DNA from: Camelus dromedarius
Lineage: Eukaryota
Direction of reading: 5' to 3'
Assembly (NCBI RefSeq): GCF_036321535.1
Contig: NC_087472.1
Location: forward strand, 100,194,001-100,258,000
DNA length: 64,000 bases
The notes beneath the pieces are model-generated. The model saw only the letters and a program-made list of their open reading frames with translations. It ran no database searches and had not been told where the DNA came from. Shown piece by piece: positions 40,801 to 53,306 of this stretch. The position numbers were made by a program, and so were the translations under genes. Numbering within the stretch: position 1 is the first letter of the stretch; every line of letters starts with the position of its first letter.

Positions 40801-41930
40801 AACCCTTTCTCCTCTCCATACAGTATCTGATCATCGTCTTCCCTGTGGCAACCTCTGGTGGCTCGTGATCCACAGGAGAAAGTCCAAAGCCACAGCCTTC
40901 AGAACACAGTTTGCCATTTGGGCTGCACCCAGGTCACTGCCTCCTTCATTTTTGCACCCCCTGCCTTATGTCAAATATGGTTCCCGTCTCCCCAGAATCA
41001 CTATACTTCACACCCACAGGCCTTGGCTAGAGCTCTTCCCCTTTCCTAGAAGTCTTCCTATTCCTTTGTCTACGTCTTCGAGCTTCATGGCAGGTGTCTA
41101 CTTCACCGGCAGTCCCAGCCACCACTTGTTTGGGTCAGCCACCACGCTCGTGGCAAGGTCACGCTTTGCCCTGCCTGCTCCCGGCCAGTGACTGAGCATG
41201 GTGGGGATACTAGAACCCTGGTGACACTCTTCCAATGAACAGCTTTGGGTCCGGGCTTCCCTGGTGGCCTGGCTAAAGCTGTGTCAGAGCTGCTCTGCCA
41301 CCTGAGACTTTTCCTTCCCCCTTCCTTTTGCAGGTGCCAGACCTGCATTGGGGTCTGACAGCTCTCCCTGCCCTGCCTGCTCTCGCCCCCTTTATCCTTT
41401 GTATACCTTCTCCCCAGTACATCTCTTGTATGTCTAATTCTGTCCTAGTATTTATTTCTCAGAGACTCAAATTGACACAGCTAGAGCTTCCCCTGACTCA
41501 AACCAGGCAGAATCAAGCACTTTTCCATCCATGTTGTCAGTGCCCTCTGTGTACACCTGTTAGAACACTTACTACATTTCACCATCACCACTGCCACCCT
41601 CGTCATCACCACCATCATCATGTCTGTCTTCTCCACTAGGCAGCTTGTAAAGGTCAGGCACTGTGTTTCTTATATTGTGGTTTCCCTCTATCTGCCATGC
41701 AGTAATATGTGTTTATGGAATTGAATTGGTCCCATTTATCCTTTGAGGATCTAAGGAATCTTCTCTCAATGTGACTAGTATTAAATGCCTTTAATGGAAG
41801 GCATATTGTATGTCTCTGGTGAACGAAAAGATGCAACAACATCATTTATGCATGAGCCCAGACCCCATCTGTCGTTAATATGAGAGTTAAAGTTCACACA
41901 CTTATTTACTAATGGTCCTCTTAGGTTTTA

Positions 41931-43789
41931 TTTATTTATTTATTTTAAGTGCATTAACTTTTTTTTTTTAAACTGAAGCACAGTCAGTTACAATGTGTCA
42001 GTTTCTGGTGTACAGCACAATGTCACAGTCATGCATATACATACATATATTTGTTTTCATATTTTTTCATTAAAGGTTATTATAAGATATTGAATATAGT
42101 TCCCTGTGCTGTACAGTATGAACTTCTTTTTTATTTTATATATATTAGTATCTGCAAATCTCAAGCTACCAATTTATCACTTCCCACCCCCTTCTCCCCC
42201 TGGTAACTGTAAGTTTGTTTTCTATGTCTGTGAGTCTGTTTCTGTTTTGTAAATAAGTTCATTTGTCCTTTTTTTTTTTTTTTTTGATTCCACATATAAG
42301 CGATATCATATGGTATTTTTCTCTCTTTCTGGCTTACTTCACTTAGAATGATGATCTCCAGGTCCATCCATGTTGCTGCAAGTGGCATTATTTTATTCTT
42401 TTTTATGGCTGAGTAGTCTTCCATTGCATAAATAGACCACAACTTCATTATCCAGTCATCTGTTGATGGACATTTAGGTTGTTTCCATGTCTTAGCCATT
42501 GTAAATAGTGCTGCTATGAACATTGGGGTGCATGTATCTCTTTCAATTACGGTTCCCTCCAGATATGTACCCAGGAGTGGGATTGCTGGATCACATGGTA
42601 AGTCTATGTTTAGTCTTTTGAGGAATCTCCATACTGTTTTCCACAATGGCTGCAGCAAAGTCCATTCCTGCCCGCAGTATAGGAGGGTTCCCTTTTCTCC
42701 ACAGCCTCTCCAGCAGTTACCATTTGTGGACTTTTGAATGATGGCCATTCTAACTAGTGTGAGGTGATACCTCATTGTAGTTTTGACTTGCATTTCTCTG
42801 ATAATTAGTGATATTGAGCATTTTTTCATATGTCTATTGGCCATTCGTATGTCTTCATTGCAGAAATGCTAGTTTAGGTCTTCTGCCCATTTGTGGATTG
42901 GGTTGTTTGTTTTTTTGTTATTAAGTTGTAGGATCTGTTTATATATTCTGGAAATGAAGCCCTTGTAAGTCTTATCTTTGCAAATATTTTCTCCCATTCC
43001 ATAGGTTGTCATTTTGTTTTGCTTGTGGTTTCCTTTGCTGTGCAAAAGCTTGTAAGTCTAATTAGGTCCCATTTGTTTAGTTTTGCTTTTATTTCTATTG
43101 CCTGGGAAGACTGCCCTAGGAGAACATTGCTAAAATTTATGTTGGATAATGTTTTTGCCTATGTTTTCTCCTAGGAGGTTTATCATGTCTTGTTTTATAT
43201 TTAAGTCTTTGAGCTTTTTTGAGTTTATTTTTGTGTACAGTGTGAGGGAATATTCTAACTTCATTGGTTTACATGCTGCTGTCCAGTTTTCCCAACACCA
43301 TTTGCTGAAGAGACTGTCTTTTCTCCATTGTATATTCTTGCCTCTTTTGTTGAAGATTAACTGACTGTAAGTCTGTGGGTTTATCTCTGGGCTCTCTGTT
43401 ATGTTCCATTGATCCATATGTCTGTTTTTATGTCAATACCGTGCTGTTTTGATTACTGTAGGTCTGTAGTATTGTCTGAAGTCTGGGAGGGTTATTCCTC
43501 TAGCTTCATTCTTTTTTGTCCATATTGCTTTGGCAATTCTGGGTCTTTTGTGATTCCATATAAATTTTAGCGTTGTTTGTTCTAGTTTTGTGAAAAATGT
43601 CCTGGGTAATTTGATAGGGATTGCATTAAACCTATAGATTGCCTTGGGCAGTGTGGGCATTTTAACAATATTGATTCTTCCAATCCAAGAGCATGGGATA
43701 TCTTTCTATTTCTTTAAGTCATTTTTAATTTCCTCTATCAGTGTTTTGTAGGTCTCCATGTTGAAGTCTTTCACCTCCTTGATCAGCCC
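41931..43789 (-). mobile_element. Young 5'-truncated L1 (ORF2 C-terminus plus 3' UTR)
   Basis: ORFs 42161-42844, 43130-43417 and 43433-43660 are L1 ORF2; TSD CTTAGGTTTTA at 41920-41930 and 43790-43800. Confidence 0.93.
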
Positions 43790-43840
43790 CTTAGGTTTTA
43801 AACAAGATGGTGCCCATGATCTTTCATTTTTTCCCAGTAG

Positions 43841-43998
43841 GCACTCTGCAGTACATGGCGCCCAAAATTATCGATCAAGGACCTTGTGGATGCGGTGTCC
43901 CAGCTGGTATCTGGTCCCTGGGCTGCCCTGTCATTGAGATGGCCACCAGCAGACCTCCGTTCCGTGAGCTCGGTGAACCACAGGCAGCAGTGTTCAAA
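43841..43998 (+). pseudogene. MAP3K15: MAP3K15 exon 19 equivalent; APE reads APK, DIWSLG reads GIWSLG
   Basis: [52 protein letters not shown]|gtaag. Confidence 0.92.
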
Positions 43999-44029
43999 GT
44001 AAGACATCTCTGGTGATTTAGGTTGCTGG

Positions 44030-44691
44030 TGTTGGGGAAATAGAATTAAAATCAGAAATCTCCTCCCAGTCCAGAAATCTCTCCCCAGAGGTGAAAGGGA
44101 AAGAAAACAGTGTATTATTGAATAAGCATGAAATCAGAAGGTGATGTGCATGACAGGCAAACTGCTAATAGCCCGGAAAGGCAGAACTCTCGGCCTTCCC
44201 TACAGCCAAGCAGATACAACGCTTTACGTCTATGTTCTCAAGAGAGCTGCTAACTATTACTCGGGTGCAAGGACTAGACAGCACCACCGGTCACAGTAGT
44301 TCATCTGAGATTCCCCTGGTAACTGGGGTGACATTAGTGTTAGCTAATCGGCTTTACCCAGAGGAAAAATCAACCTCTCAAATCTTTAGGACGGGAGGTA
44401 GTTTTGGAGTCAGGTTCCACTGAAGTTAGGCTCCTGCCCTCCCACAGAAACCCCCAAATTGGGGCGCTGTCTGCCCTGATGATGACATTTCAAAGGGATG
44501 GCCCCCAGGTCCTTGAGAAAGACACTTCTGGCAAGAGGCTTATTTAGCTTTTAAAAAGATTTACATACATCTCAAAGAGACAGACAGGTTTCCTAAAGTG
44601 CATGCTCTAAGAAAGGTGTGTGGGGAGGTCTCTTCCTTTATTTCCAACCAGGACAATTAAACCTCTTAGTTAATTTGTATTTGCTTTTACA
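44030..44691. mobile_element. Solo ERV LTR (ERV1-like)
   Basis: TG...CA termini (tgttggggaaa...gcttttaca), about 660 bp, near-TSD ctgg/ctgt. Confidence 0.65.
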
Positions 44692-45848
44692 CTGTAAGGC
44701 TCAGAGGTCACATGGGTCTGTGTCTTTAGAGGACACACTTCTGACTAGATTTGGAGAGAGGGAACTTTGAGTATTAGATACTGTCTCCTTTGTCCTTCTG
44801 AAAACCTTCCCAGAGCTGACAGGAAGGGTGACCTGGGTGTTGAGGCCCACGTGGAACTGACTGGCCGTGCCAGTGGGGGGTTACGCTGGGCACGCTCCCT
44901 CGGGAAGGGACATGCATGCTTGCCACCCCAAGGGAAGCTGATGCCAGGGCAGCCCAGTGTGTCCAAGGCCGGGTGTGCGGCTTGGGGCTCCCTGGATGCT
45001 TGGAGAAGTTGAAGAGCAGCTGTAGCCTTTCCGAGCCTGTTACCAGCACCGAGAACCTTCTGAGGAGCACTTTCGTTTGGCCCAAAGCTAGGAAGGAAGA
45101 GAGTAGAGTCACAAAAGGCCAAGTGGCCGCATTTCTGGATGACCAGGTCGCAGCGCATGGAAGCAGCCTGATAGAACGTCGTTCCAGAGGCCTTGCTTCT
45201 GGCTTCTCTGCCAAGCGCTCCTCTGCCCAGCCCCTGCAGAAGGTTCTCCAAACTTCCCAGCCTCCCAGAAGCTGTCAGGTCACCCCAAAGCCAAGACCTC
45301 AAGTCGACAAGTGTCTCCTAGAACCTGCAATCCCAACAAGACCCTGAACACCAGGGCTGGTGGACAGCAGTGACCTCCCCAGCCTGTCAGTGTCTGTCCA
45401 GGATGCAGCCAGCTGGGGCCAGCAAAGGTCTTCCTGCAGCTTCAGTCACAGGCCTCAGAATAAATGCCAGCTGGTGCCGGGGAAACGCCGGGGCCCCCGA
45501 GAGCCATGGCTTCTGCTCTCTGGTCTGCTGCCAACTCCTGCCACACTCTGGACACCCGTCTGGAGGCTGTGACTCCTCAGTTGGTCCACAGGGCCCGAGC
45601 GGCTCCCCTGGCCCTCTTCCTCGCTCTTGTGTTTGGTTAGCTAGTTAGCGATGCAGGTGCTTTTGGATGGTATGTCAGGTCTATTTTTATTGCAAACTAG
45701 AAAGCTATTCTTAAGTAAATAACGCCCCGTGTGTCCTCTTTGCAAAGACTATAGAAATTATTTCTGGAAACTCTAGAATCCTTCAGAAAACTTCAAGAGT
45801 CTTGTGGGCAGTATCTGAAACAGGGAACTGTCTTTCTCCCAAAGGGGC

Positions 45849-46270
45849 TGTTATGGATTGAACTGTGTCCCCTCCCTGGAAAAAGATATTTTGGAGTCAT
45901 TACCCTAGTACCTCAGAATTTGACCTTCTTTGGAAATAGGATCTTTGCAGAGATAATCATACTGGCCCTAATCTAGTAGAACTGGTATCTTCCTAAAAGG
46001 CAGAATCTGGGACACAGAGCTAGACACTCACAGATGTCATGGAGAGACACAGGGAGGACATGGCCACGTGGAGGCAGAGATGGGAGTGACACATCTAGAA
46101 GCGAGCCAGCAGAGCTAGGAAGAGGCGAGGAAGAATTCCCCTACAGGTTTCCGAGGGAGTGGGGCCCTGTCAGCACCTTGATTTTGGACTTCCAGCGTCC
46201 AGAACTGTGAGAGAATACATTTGCATTGTTTGACGCCACCCAGTTTGCGGCAGCCCTAAGAAACAAATAC
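45849..46270. mobile_element. MaLR LTR (MLT1B/C-like)
   Basis: tgttatggattgaactgtgtcccc..caccttgattttggacttccag..tccagaactgtgagagaata..gcagccctaagaaacaaataca. Confidence 0.85.
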
Positions 46271-47925
46271 AGGGACCTCGAGAGTAGAGCGCCTGTAAAA
46301 GTAACGTGCTTGCAGGGTGCTGGGGTGGTGCCCACGTTTGCTCTTTTCTTTCCAAGAGCCAGGGGAGATGCTCCCGTTTCCTCTTTTGAGTTCTTGTCCA
46401 GAGTTTTTGTCTCTGGCCCCCCTCAGGTGAGAGGTGCCACATGGAACGTGCCCTGCATTTCAGGTCTTAGGGGTTGAAACATGCAGTGTTTAGTGTCTCA
46501 AAATCCAAAACTTGTTTTCAAAAACTGTTACACGATTGTAGTAAGAACACTTAACATGAGATCGACCCTTGACGATTTTTTTAAGTGCATAATTACAGTA
46601 TTGTTGACTGAAGGTACAGCAGATCGCTAGAACTTCTTCATCTGATTTAACTGAAACTTGTGCTCGTTGAATAGTAACGCCCCCCTCCTCCTCTCCTCAA
46701 TCCCAAACTCGCGAGCTGTCCGTCCTGCCCACGAGGAGCAGCGGGGCAGAAACGGTGGGTGTGCCCCTGGGAGATGGACTTTAGGCTGTGAAGTTGGAGG
46801 CTTGCCGTCCCCTCTTGGCAGTGCCCTGTTCTCTCTGAGGGGGCAGAGGAGGCCTTGCCAGCCCCATGGTTGTCGAGGGGCTGGGAATGGGTGGATCCGC
46901 AGGACAGAATGGCTGCTGCTCCTGGCTTATTGAGTGGGCTTGGAAAAGACAAGACTGCAAACTTTAAAGATGACAACCGCTCAGATGACTAGAGAGCCAC
47001 CCACCCCTGATGGGAGCAGTTACACGGGTGGGGGTTATGCAGGATGGATGAGCACTCTCATGTCACAGTGAGATGTGACAACTCATCCCAACTCCTGCTC
47101 CCCTACAGGTCGCAGGGACAGGGAGCCTGTAGCAGGAGAATGATGAGCTAGCCAGAAGTGGAAGCTGAAGCAGAAATTGTAGCAGAAGCCCAAGCAGGAA
47201 AGGGCAGTGCCCTCCTCCCTCAGCCGGTTGTACCCCGTGGGGATGAGGGTGTGGGCTGTGAGTTAGCAGCCTCCAGGTTTGGTCTGCTTGTGGTTTACAG
47301 CTGTAGGTTGGAGATTTGGGCTGTGAATGCAGAGACTGAGAGGTGTGTCAGGTGTCTTTTGGAGACCCTGGGTATCAGAGAGCAGATCTCAGGTGCCTTT
47401 GAACACCCTCAGAGCATCGTGTTACAGGCTGTGGTCCAAGCCTCATCTCAGTTCTCTTCTGCTGCACACCCAACCACCCCAAAACTGCAGAGGCTTCAAA
47501 CGATCACCTTTGATTTCTCACAAATCTGTGGGCTGATGGTCGGCTCTGCCACTGCTCTTGCCTGGACTCACTTGTGTGGTGGCTTGAGTGCAGTACAGTG
47601 CTCTTGGAGGGCCACTTGCACGTGGTGGCCCTTCATCCTGGGTGTCTTCCCTGCCTGTTGGTCTCAGGGCTTCAAGAGGACTAGAGTAGAAGCCCCGAGG
47701 CTTCTTAAGGTCTAGGCTCTGAGAGCCCCCCAGTATCACTTCCCCCACAGCCAAGTGGGCAGAGTCTCTAGAGGGCAGCCAGGGCACGAGTCATCGAGGC
47801 CGTTATTGGAATCCATCAGCAGCCCCTCCTAGGATGGCAGGTGCAGGAGCTTTGTGTTGTCGGCATATACACCTGGACTTGCCCGAGGCCTCACTGACCC
47901 ATCGTGTTACCTCTCTCAAATGCAG

Positions 47926-48109
47926 GCACCGATGTTTAAGATTCACCCTGAGATTCCGGAAACCCTTTCAGCCGAAGCCAGAGCCTTCATTTTATTCTGT
48001 TTTGAGTCTGACCCCCACAAACGTGTCACTGCTGCTGGCCTGCTCCAAGAGGTTTTCTTAAGGCAGGTGAACAAGGGCAAGAAGAACTGAATTGCGTTCA
48101 GGCTGGCAG
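47926..48109 (+). pseudogene. MAP3K15: MAP3K15 exon 20 equivalent; TGA at 48088-48090
   Basis: APMFKIHPEIPETLSAEARAFILFCFESDPHKRVTAAGLLQEVFLRQVNKGKKN*IAFRLA|gtgagg. Confidence 0.9.
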
Positions 48110-48795
48110 GTGAGGCCTACCTGGACAGCTGGGCTCGGGTTAGGCCGGGGCTTGTCTGTTACTCAGAGAGAGCACACCAGCTTCCCCCGCGGTGCCCGTT
48201 TTTGTGACGGGTGGCAGGGATTGGTGCAGTAGGCGTGGAGCTGTCAAAACCCAATGAGTGAATGTCCCTTGATTTCCTGGCAGAGACACAGGGAGCCCCA
48301 CAGGTGACAGCGATGTGCCCTCACATACTCCCTTCTCCATTAAAGCCTTTCTTCTAGGACTGTGCCGAGGAGGGAGGTGAGAGGCACCTTGCCTGCGGTT
48401 TCGTGTGTTTTCCACTTGGAGGGCCTGGTGCTTCATTTTTGGCGCCCGGCCTGTCACCCTGTGCTGCTCCCAACCTTGATTAAGGAGTGTCTGTCCCGCA
48501 GGTCCCTGGAGCAAGCAGCCCCTTGTAGGGCAGTAAGTCCTCTTGAGCGTGTGACATTAGAGTGGCCCTGGCATGGATGGGGTCAGAAGCCAGGACAGAG
48601 CAGTTCAGCATCTTGTTCCCAGAAGGTGACTTGCTACCCCAGTGTTTTCCATGAGCTGGCTAGAAATGCAGTGTCGGGCCCATCCCGGACCTGCTGAAGC
48701 AGAACCTACATCTCCCCAGGATTCTGGGGTGATTGCTTGCATCCCCAGTGAGAGCAGCACAGCCTTAGGCCCCTGGGTGGGTCACCTGGCCTGAG

Positions 48796-48943
48796 GGGCT
48801 GCCTGGGGCTCTGTGCTGGCACTGTCCCTGTCGCGGGAGCCGGTGGGCGGCAGCAGCAGCGAGCACAGCTCAGTCTGCCCTGACTCAGATGCCCAGCCTG
48901 ACAGGTTCTTCAAGAAGGCCCAGGTGCCCAAGCACAGGCTCAG
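48796..48943 (+). pseudogene. MAP3K15: MAP3K15 exon 21 equivalent
   Basis: VLALSLSREPVGGSSSEHSSVCPDSDAQPDRFFKKAQVPKHRL resembles the ASK3 SSSEHGSVSPDSDAQPD segment; boundaries approximate. Confidence 0.78.
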
Positions 48944-49394
48944 GTACAGCCCGCCCCCAACCAGTTGGGGGACAGAGTCCCTCCAAGGTATAAACCAGAT
49001 GGCCATGAAAGGCTTGTGCAGCCTTTTTTGCAAGGTCGATAGGGCAGCTAGGCAGCTGGTCAACCGTGCAAGCAAGGAGGGCAGTGCGGTCACTCACTGT
49101 CCCTTCCTCTCCTTCCCCTTCTCGTCCCTTCTTCCTCCTTTCCCTCTCCTCATTTCCCTTTCCCTCCCACCCCTTCCTCCTCCCCTGTCATCCCTTATTC
49201 TCTCCCTTACACTCACTCCCCCATCCCCCAACACTGGTGCTCCGGGGGTTAGAAAATGCTCTCTGGACCTCCTGCAGTTTCATTTCTTGATGGTGAGGAT
49301 GCGGAGGAGTCACCTCTTAGCCCCGCCCCCATGGTGTCCCGGTGTGGAGACTGCCTGGGGTACTCAGTGGGTCCCTAAGGGTGTTTATCCGCAG

Positions 49395-49564
49395 TGTTTC
49401 AGATGACAGCTATGCCTCAGAAGACCGGAGTGCAGCCTCATCCCCCGAGGACAGAGACCCTCTTCCTGCTGCACAAGGACAACGAGCGCAGCGCCATCCT
49501 GTACAAAATCCTCTGGGAGGAGCAGAACCAGGTGGACTCCAACCTGTAGGAGTGCGTGGCCCAA
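49395..49564 (+). pseudogene. MAP3K15: MAP3K15 exon 22 equivalent; frameshift near 49459 and TAG at 49547-49549
   Basis: VSDDSYASEDRSAASSPEDRD, then LFLLHKDNERSAILYKILWEEQNQVDSNL*ECVAQ in another frame. Confidence 0.88.
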
Positions 49565-50366
49565 GTAGAGGCTGCGCTGGGAGCTGCTAATTAATCCTGC
49601 TCCCTCCGCCCTTGGCCAAGTCCCGGAACAGGTCCAAAGAGGACTGATGTTCCTGCTACCCTATAACACTCGCACAGTTACACTAACCACTGTAAGTATA
49701 TCCCAATGTCCTTTCCTCTTCAAATAAAACAAAAGGAAAAAAAAAAGATTCCACTGAAACCTGAATTTGCGGAACACTGCGGTGAAACTGGGCATTGATG
49801 AGGCAGTGCTGCCTCCTGGTGGAAAACAGGCCAAGTGGCAGCGCACAGCCTGCCTTAGCGTGGCGCTCACGTTACCCCCATTTTGAGCCCTGGAGCTGAG
49901 TTAACACGCAGCTGCAGGACAGAGTTGCCCTAAGAAGCTGAGAGAATAGCCACATTAGGGAGAAAAATTATGGATAGAAATATTTGACTTTTTATTTGGG
50001 ATGGGGAAAGGTCCTTTTACCAAGAGGCCATTACGCCACTATGAAGTGTGCCTTCTGACAAGGGCTGTTGGGGTGGAGGCGCGAAGTGTTACAAGTGGCT
50101 AAGCAGGATGGTGGGCCATTTCCTTGAGGGACTTAGTTGTGTGTATGCGGGCCAGAGGGGAGATGGGGCTACACAGCCCCCCAACAGGAAAGATACGGAG
50201 GGAATTCCAGGACCGGAGACCACTTCTCACCTGGGGATTCTCCAGTTCCATTAGGAAATGAATAATGGACAGTCTGGTTAATCGAGTTTCCCACAGTCTT
50301 TCTTGGATTTTCCCTCCCTCTCTGATTTTCTCAATGATTTATTTTTTGGTGGGGGTTGGTGATCAG

Positions 50367-50551
50367 AGTTCTGAAGAGTTGCATCTCTCAGTCGGCCACG
50401 TCAACAAATAATTGGGATCCTGAGGGACTTCATCCGCTCCTCAGAGCACAGGGTGATGGCATCCATGGTATCAAAGCTAAAGGTGGACCTGGACTTTGAC
50501 AGCTCATCCATCAATCAGATTCACCTGGGACTGTTTGGATTTTAGGATACT
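50367..50551 (+). pseudogene. MAP3K15: MAP3K15 exon 23 equivalent; 1-nt deletion near 50404 and TAG at 50543-50545
   Basis: SSEELHLSVGHV / QIIGILRDFIRSSEHRVMASMVSKLKVDLDFDSSSINQIHLGLFGF*DT|gtaagt. Confidence 0.9.
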
Positions 50552-50924
50552 GTAAGTGCTCCATTTAGCCCTAGAGAACATGGCAGAAGGCAGGAAGCCC
50601 ACTGAAGTGGCTCATTGGCAGCCAAACTGTGGAGTTCAGTTCAATCACCATCTTTTCCCAGAGTCCCCATCTTCTCACCAGTTACACCTGAATCCCGACT
50701 TCCAAGTTTTCTAAGCACTGAATGTGCATGTACAAGTGACTGGGCCTATTGCATTTGGCCCCAAAAGCCAGAGCATAGGCTCTGGGAGCAAGTAGCCATC
50801 TGTCGGCTGAGTAGGTGTGGGGTTTTAAACTTACGTGTCTGCCCAAACAGATGTTGAGCTGCTCCAGGCCCGAGACCATGTCTGGCTTAGCTTTGTGTCT
50901 CAAGCCCCCACCACAGGGCCAGAG
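50538..50924 (+). repeat. Inverted repeat arm 1
   Basis: Reverse complement of 52920-53306; mirrored identical ORFs 50615-50857(+) and 52987-53229(-). Confidence 0.97.
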
Positions 50925-52459
50925 AGGTACTGTGCCTTGCCACAGGCCACACTAAAGGCAGCAACATTCCAGAGTTCTTTCTCGATGTCTGTTCACCAAG
51001 ATGGGGTCATTAGCAGGGTGTGTGGGTCCAGAAGCTCGGCAAGGGACATCTGCGCCCACCGTGATTTAAGTAGCTGAGTTGGGAGGCGGGTAGCACTTCG
51101 TCAACTGACGCATATCCCATAACCCTGACCCCGAAGAAATCTGCCCTCTCGTCTTTCAATCTCTGCCTTGTGATTTGTCATGATCCCTAGGCAGGCATTT
51201 GTGGTCTACCTTCCCAGGCAAGGAACCCTGGCATGGCCAGGAGTTTCCCCCAACAAAACCGGTCTGTTTTGTTCATTTCCTGGCACATAGTAGCTGTTCA
51301 AAAAAAGCTTGTGAAATAAATAAAATGATTCCCAATTGCTCTAGGGAATCACATCATCAATAGGGTTGCAAAATATATAAACCACAGCTATAGCACACTA
51401 GTTGGTACTGGTTCCAAGTGATGCCTTGTTGCCATATGCTCATTGGGAAAGCTGACTAATATCTAACAGGCGATAAAGTGTCAGGTGTACCTATTTTGGA
51501 AGAAGTTATATACACCCCTAGGGATCTCTGAAGTCTAACCTCAAATAAATCTAATCATTTCTTTTTAGAAAGACCTGGAGTTTTAATTAACTGGTGGTGG
51601 CAAGATTTAAAGTTTTAAAAATACGACAAATGTGAAAGTTGATAGTAATGCTTAGCACTTCTTTAAAAAATTTTTTTTTCTGGTAAGGCTTATAATCACC
51701 AAATTCATAAAATGGTTTATATATGGGTTCAAGGTTATTCCTTTCCACTGTTGACTGGCATCCTATTATCTTCCATCTCAGTAGAATTAGTAATAACAGC
51801 CAGCACTCAACTGCAAATGGCTGCCAAACATGTGACTCCTACAGACACACCTGCCCTTGTAGTACAGCGATGCCTCAGCTGTTGCTGGGCACAGCAGGAA
51901 GGCAGCTACCCCCTAGTGAGGCTGGCAGGAGTAATAGGTCTGTCCTGACGGGTGTGTGAGACCAGTTCCCATGAAGCATTTAGCACAGGCCTGGGTTCCG
52001 TAAGTGTTCCTCCCACCATCAGAGCAGCACCTTTCTTGCGGTCCCTCCTCTCCCCCAGCTGTTCCAATGGGAGCAGGGCTTCCGTTTCCTTGGCTTCGTC
52101 TCCTGTGAGGAGGAAAGAGCCTGACCATTAGTTTTAGCGACTTGACCTGACTTAGACAAGGTGAAATTATTTGGCTGAGTCCTACTGAACACCATCAGGT
52201 TCTCTTTTGGTTCATGATAAATTTTGAGACAAAATATACCTACCCCGAGTGCTGGTCTTTGTTTTCAAGAGGAGGCAATACAAAGAAGGTGCCCGTGTAC
52301 AGGCTGAAACCTGATCACAGGACTTTGCAGAAGCCTGACCGTTGGGATTATGCCATTAAAAAAAAAAACAAAAAAACCCTCTAAGGTTCTACAAATGTCT
52401 GAATTAAAATTGGTGTTGGGCTCTCTCTGGATGATGGATTTTTTTTTTTTTTTAACCAG

Positions 52460-52556
52460 ACTTTTGGAACAAAAAGAGAGTACCAAAATCTTTCACGGCA
52501 AACTCTAGAACAGAACACTCAACTGTATCATCTTCAGTTACAATTCAGATCTAATG
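52460..52556 (+). pseudogene. MAP3K15: MAP3K15 exon 26 equivalent (C-terminal coiled coil), with deletions and frameshift
   Basis: (T)n aaccag|A LLEQKE / YQNLSRQTLEQNTQLYHLQLQFRSN G|gtgagt, matching the LLEHLVEKEREYQNLLRQTLEQKTQELYHLQL segment. Confidence 0.85.
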
Positions 52557-52919
52557 GTGAGTGATTTCCCACTTGCGCGTGCATGCGTGCGTGCGTGTAT
52601 GAGACCATTTAAAATCTGGCTAGTTCTAGTGAGCCTTAACATACTTGAGGTTATTCTCTGTTAAACCAGTTAAGCACTCCAGTAGATTCCAGAATGCTGA
52701 TCAATAATGAACTACCAGTACATTCAGAACCAGATGAATCACAAATGCATTAAAGGCTGCTCTGGGTGTCCACCTGACTTATGTTTCTTCTGGACTGAGT
52801 CATCCTCTAAGCTGCCCCCCAGATCATAAGGGGTCGACGGGACGGGCATGGTGATCGGAGCTACTGCATGGGCCTCTTCACTGTTTACTCAACGAACATT
52901 TATCGAGCACCTATGAAAC

Positions 52920-53306
52920 CTCTGGCCCTGTGGTGGGGGCTTGAGACACAAAGCTAAGCCAGACATGGTCTCGGGCCTGGAGCAGCTCAACATCTGTTTG
53001 GGCAGACACGTAAGTTTAAAACCCCACACCTACTCAGCCGACAGATGGCTACTTGCTCCCAGAGCCTATGCTCTGGCTTTTGGGGCCAAATGCAATAGGC
53101 CCAGTCACTTGTACATGCACATTCAGTGCTTAGAAAACTTGGAAGTCGGGATTCAGGTGTAACTGGTGAGAAGATGGGGACTCTGGGAAAAGATGGTGAT
53201 TGAACTGAACTCCACAGTTTGGCTGCCAATGAGCCACTTCAGTGGGCTTCCTGCCTTCTGCCATGTTCTCTAGGGTTAAATGGAGCACTTACAGCATCCG
53301 GAAATC
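52920..53306 (-). repeat. Inverted repeat arm 2
   Basis: Reverse complement of 50538-50924 (paired coordinates sum to 103844). Confidence 0.97.

Noticed and set aside
44745..45347. Overlapping 143-185 aa ORFs
   Set aside because: GC-rich intron DNA, no recognisable motif or splice structure.
48813..49406. 197-aa ORF as an independent gene
   Set aside because: It is the exon 21 remnant read through into a pyrimidine-rich intron.
1863..50551. MAP3K5 (ASK1) or MAP3K6 instead of MAP3K15, or a processed pseudogene
   Set aside because: Peptides such as IALHKYLKH and AGVNPC plus PDHA1 adjacency fit ASK3, and introns are present.
50615..53229. Duplicated 80-aa and 73-aa small genes
   Set aside because: Chance ORFs in intronic sequence that appear twice only because of the inverted repeat; non-ATG starts, no recognisable domain.
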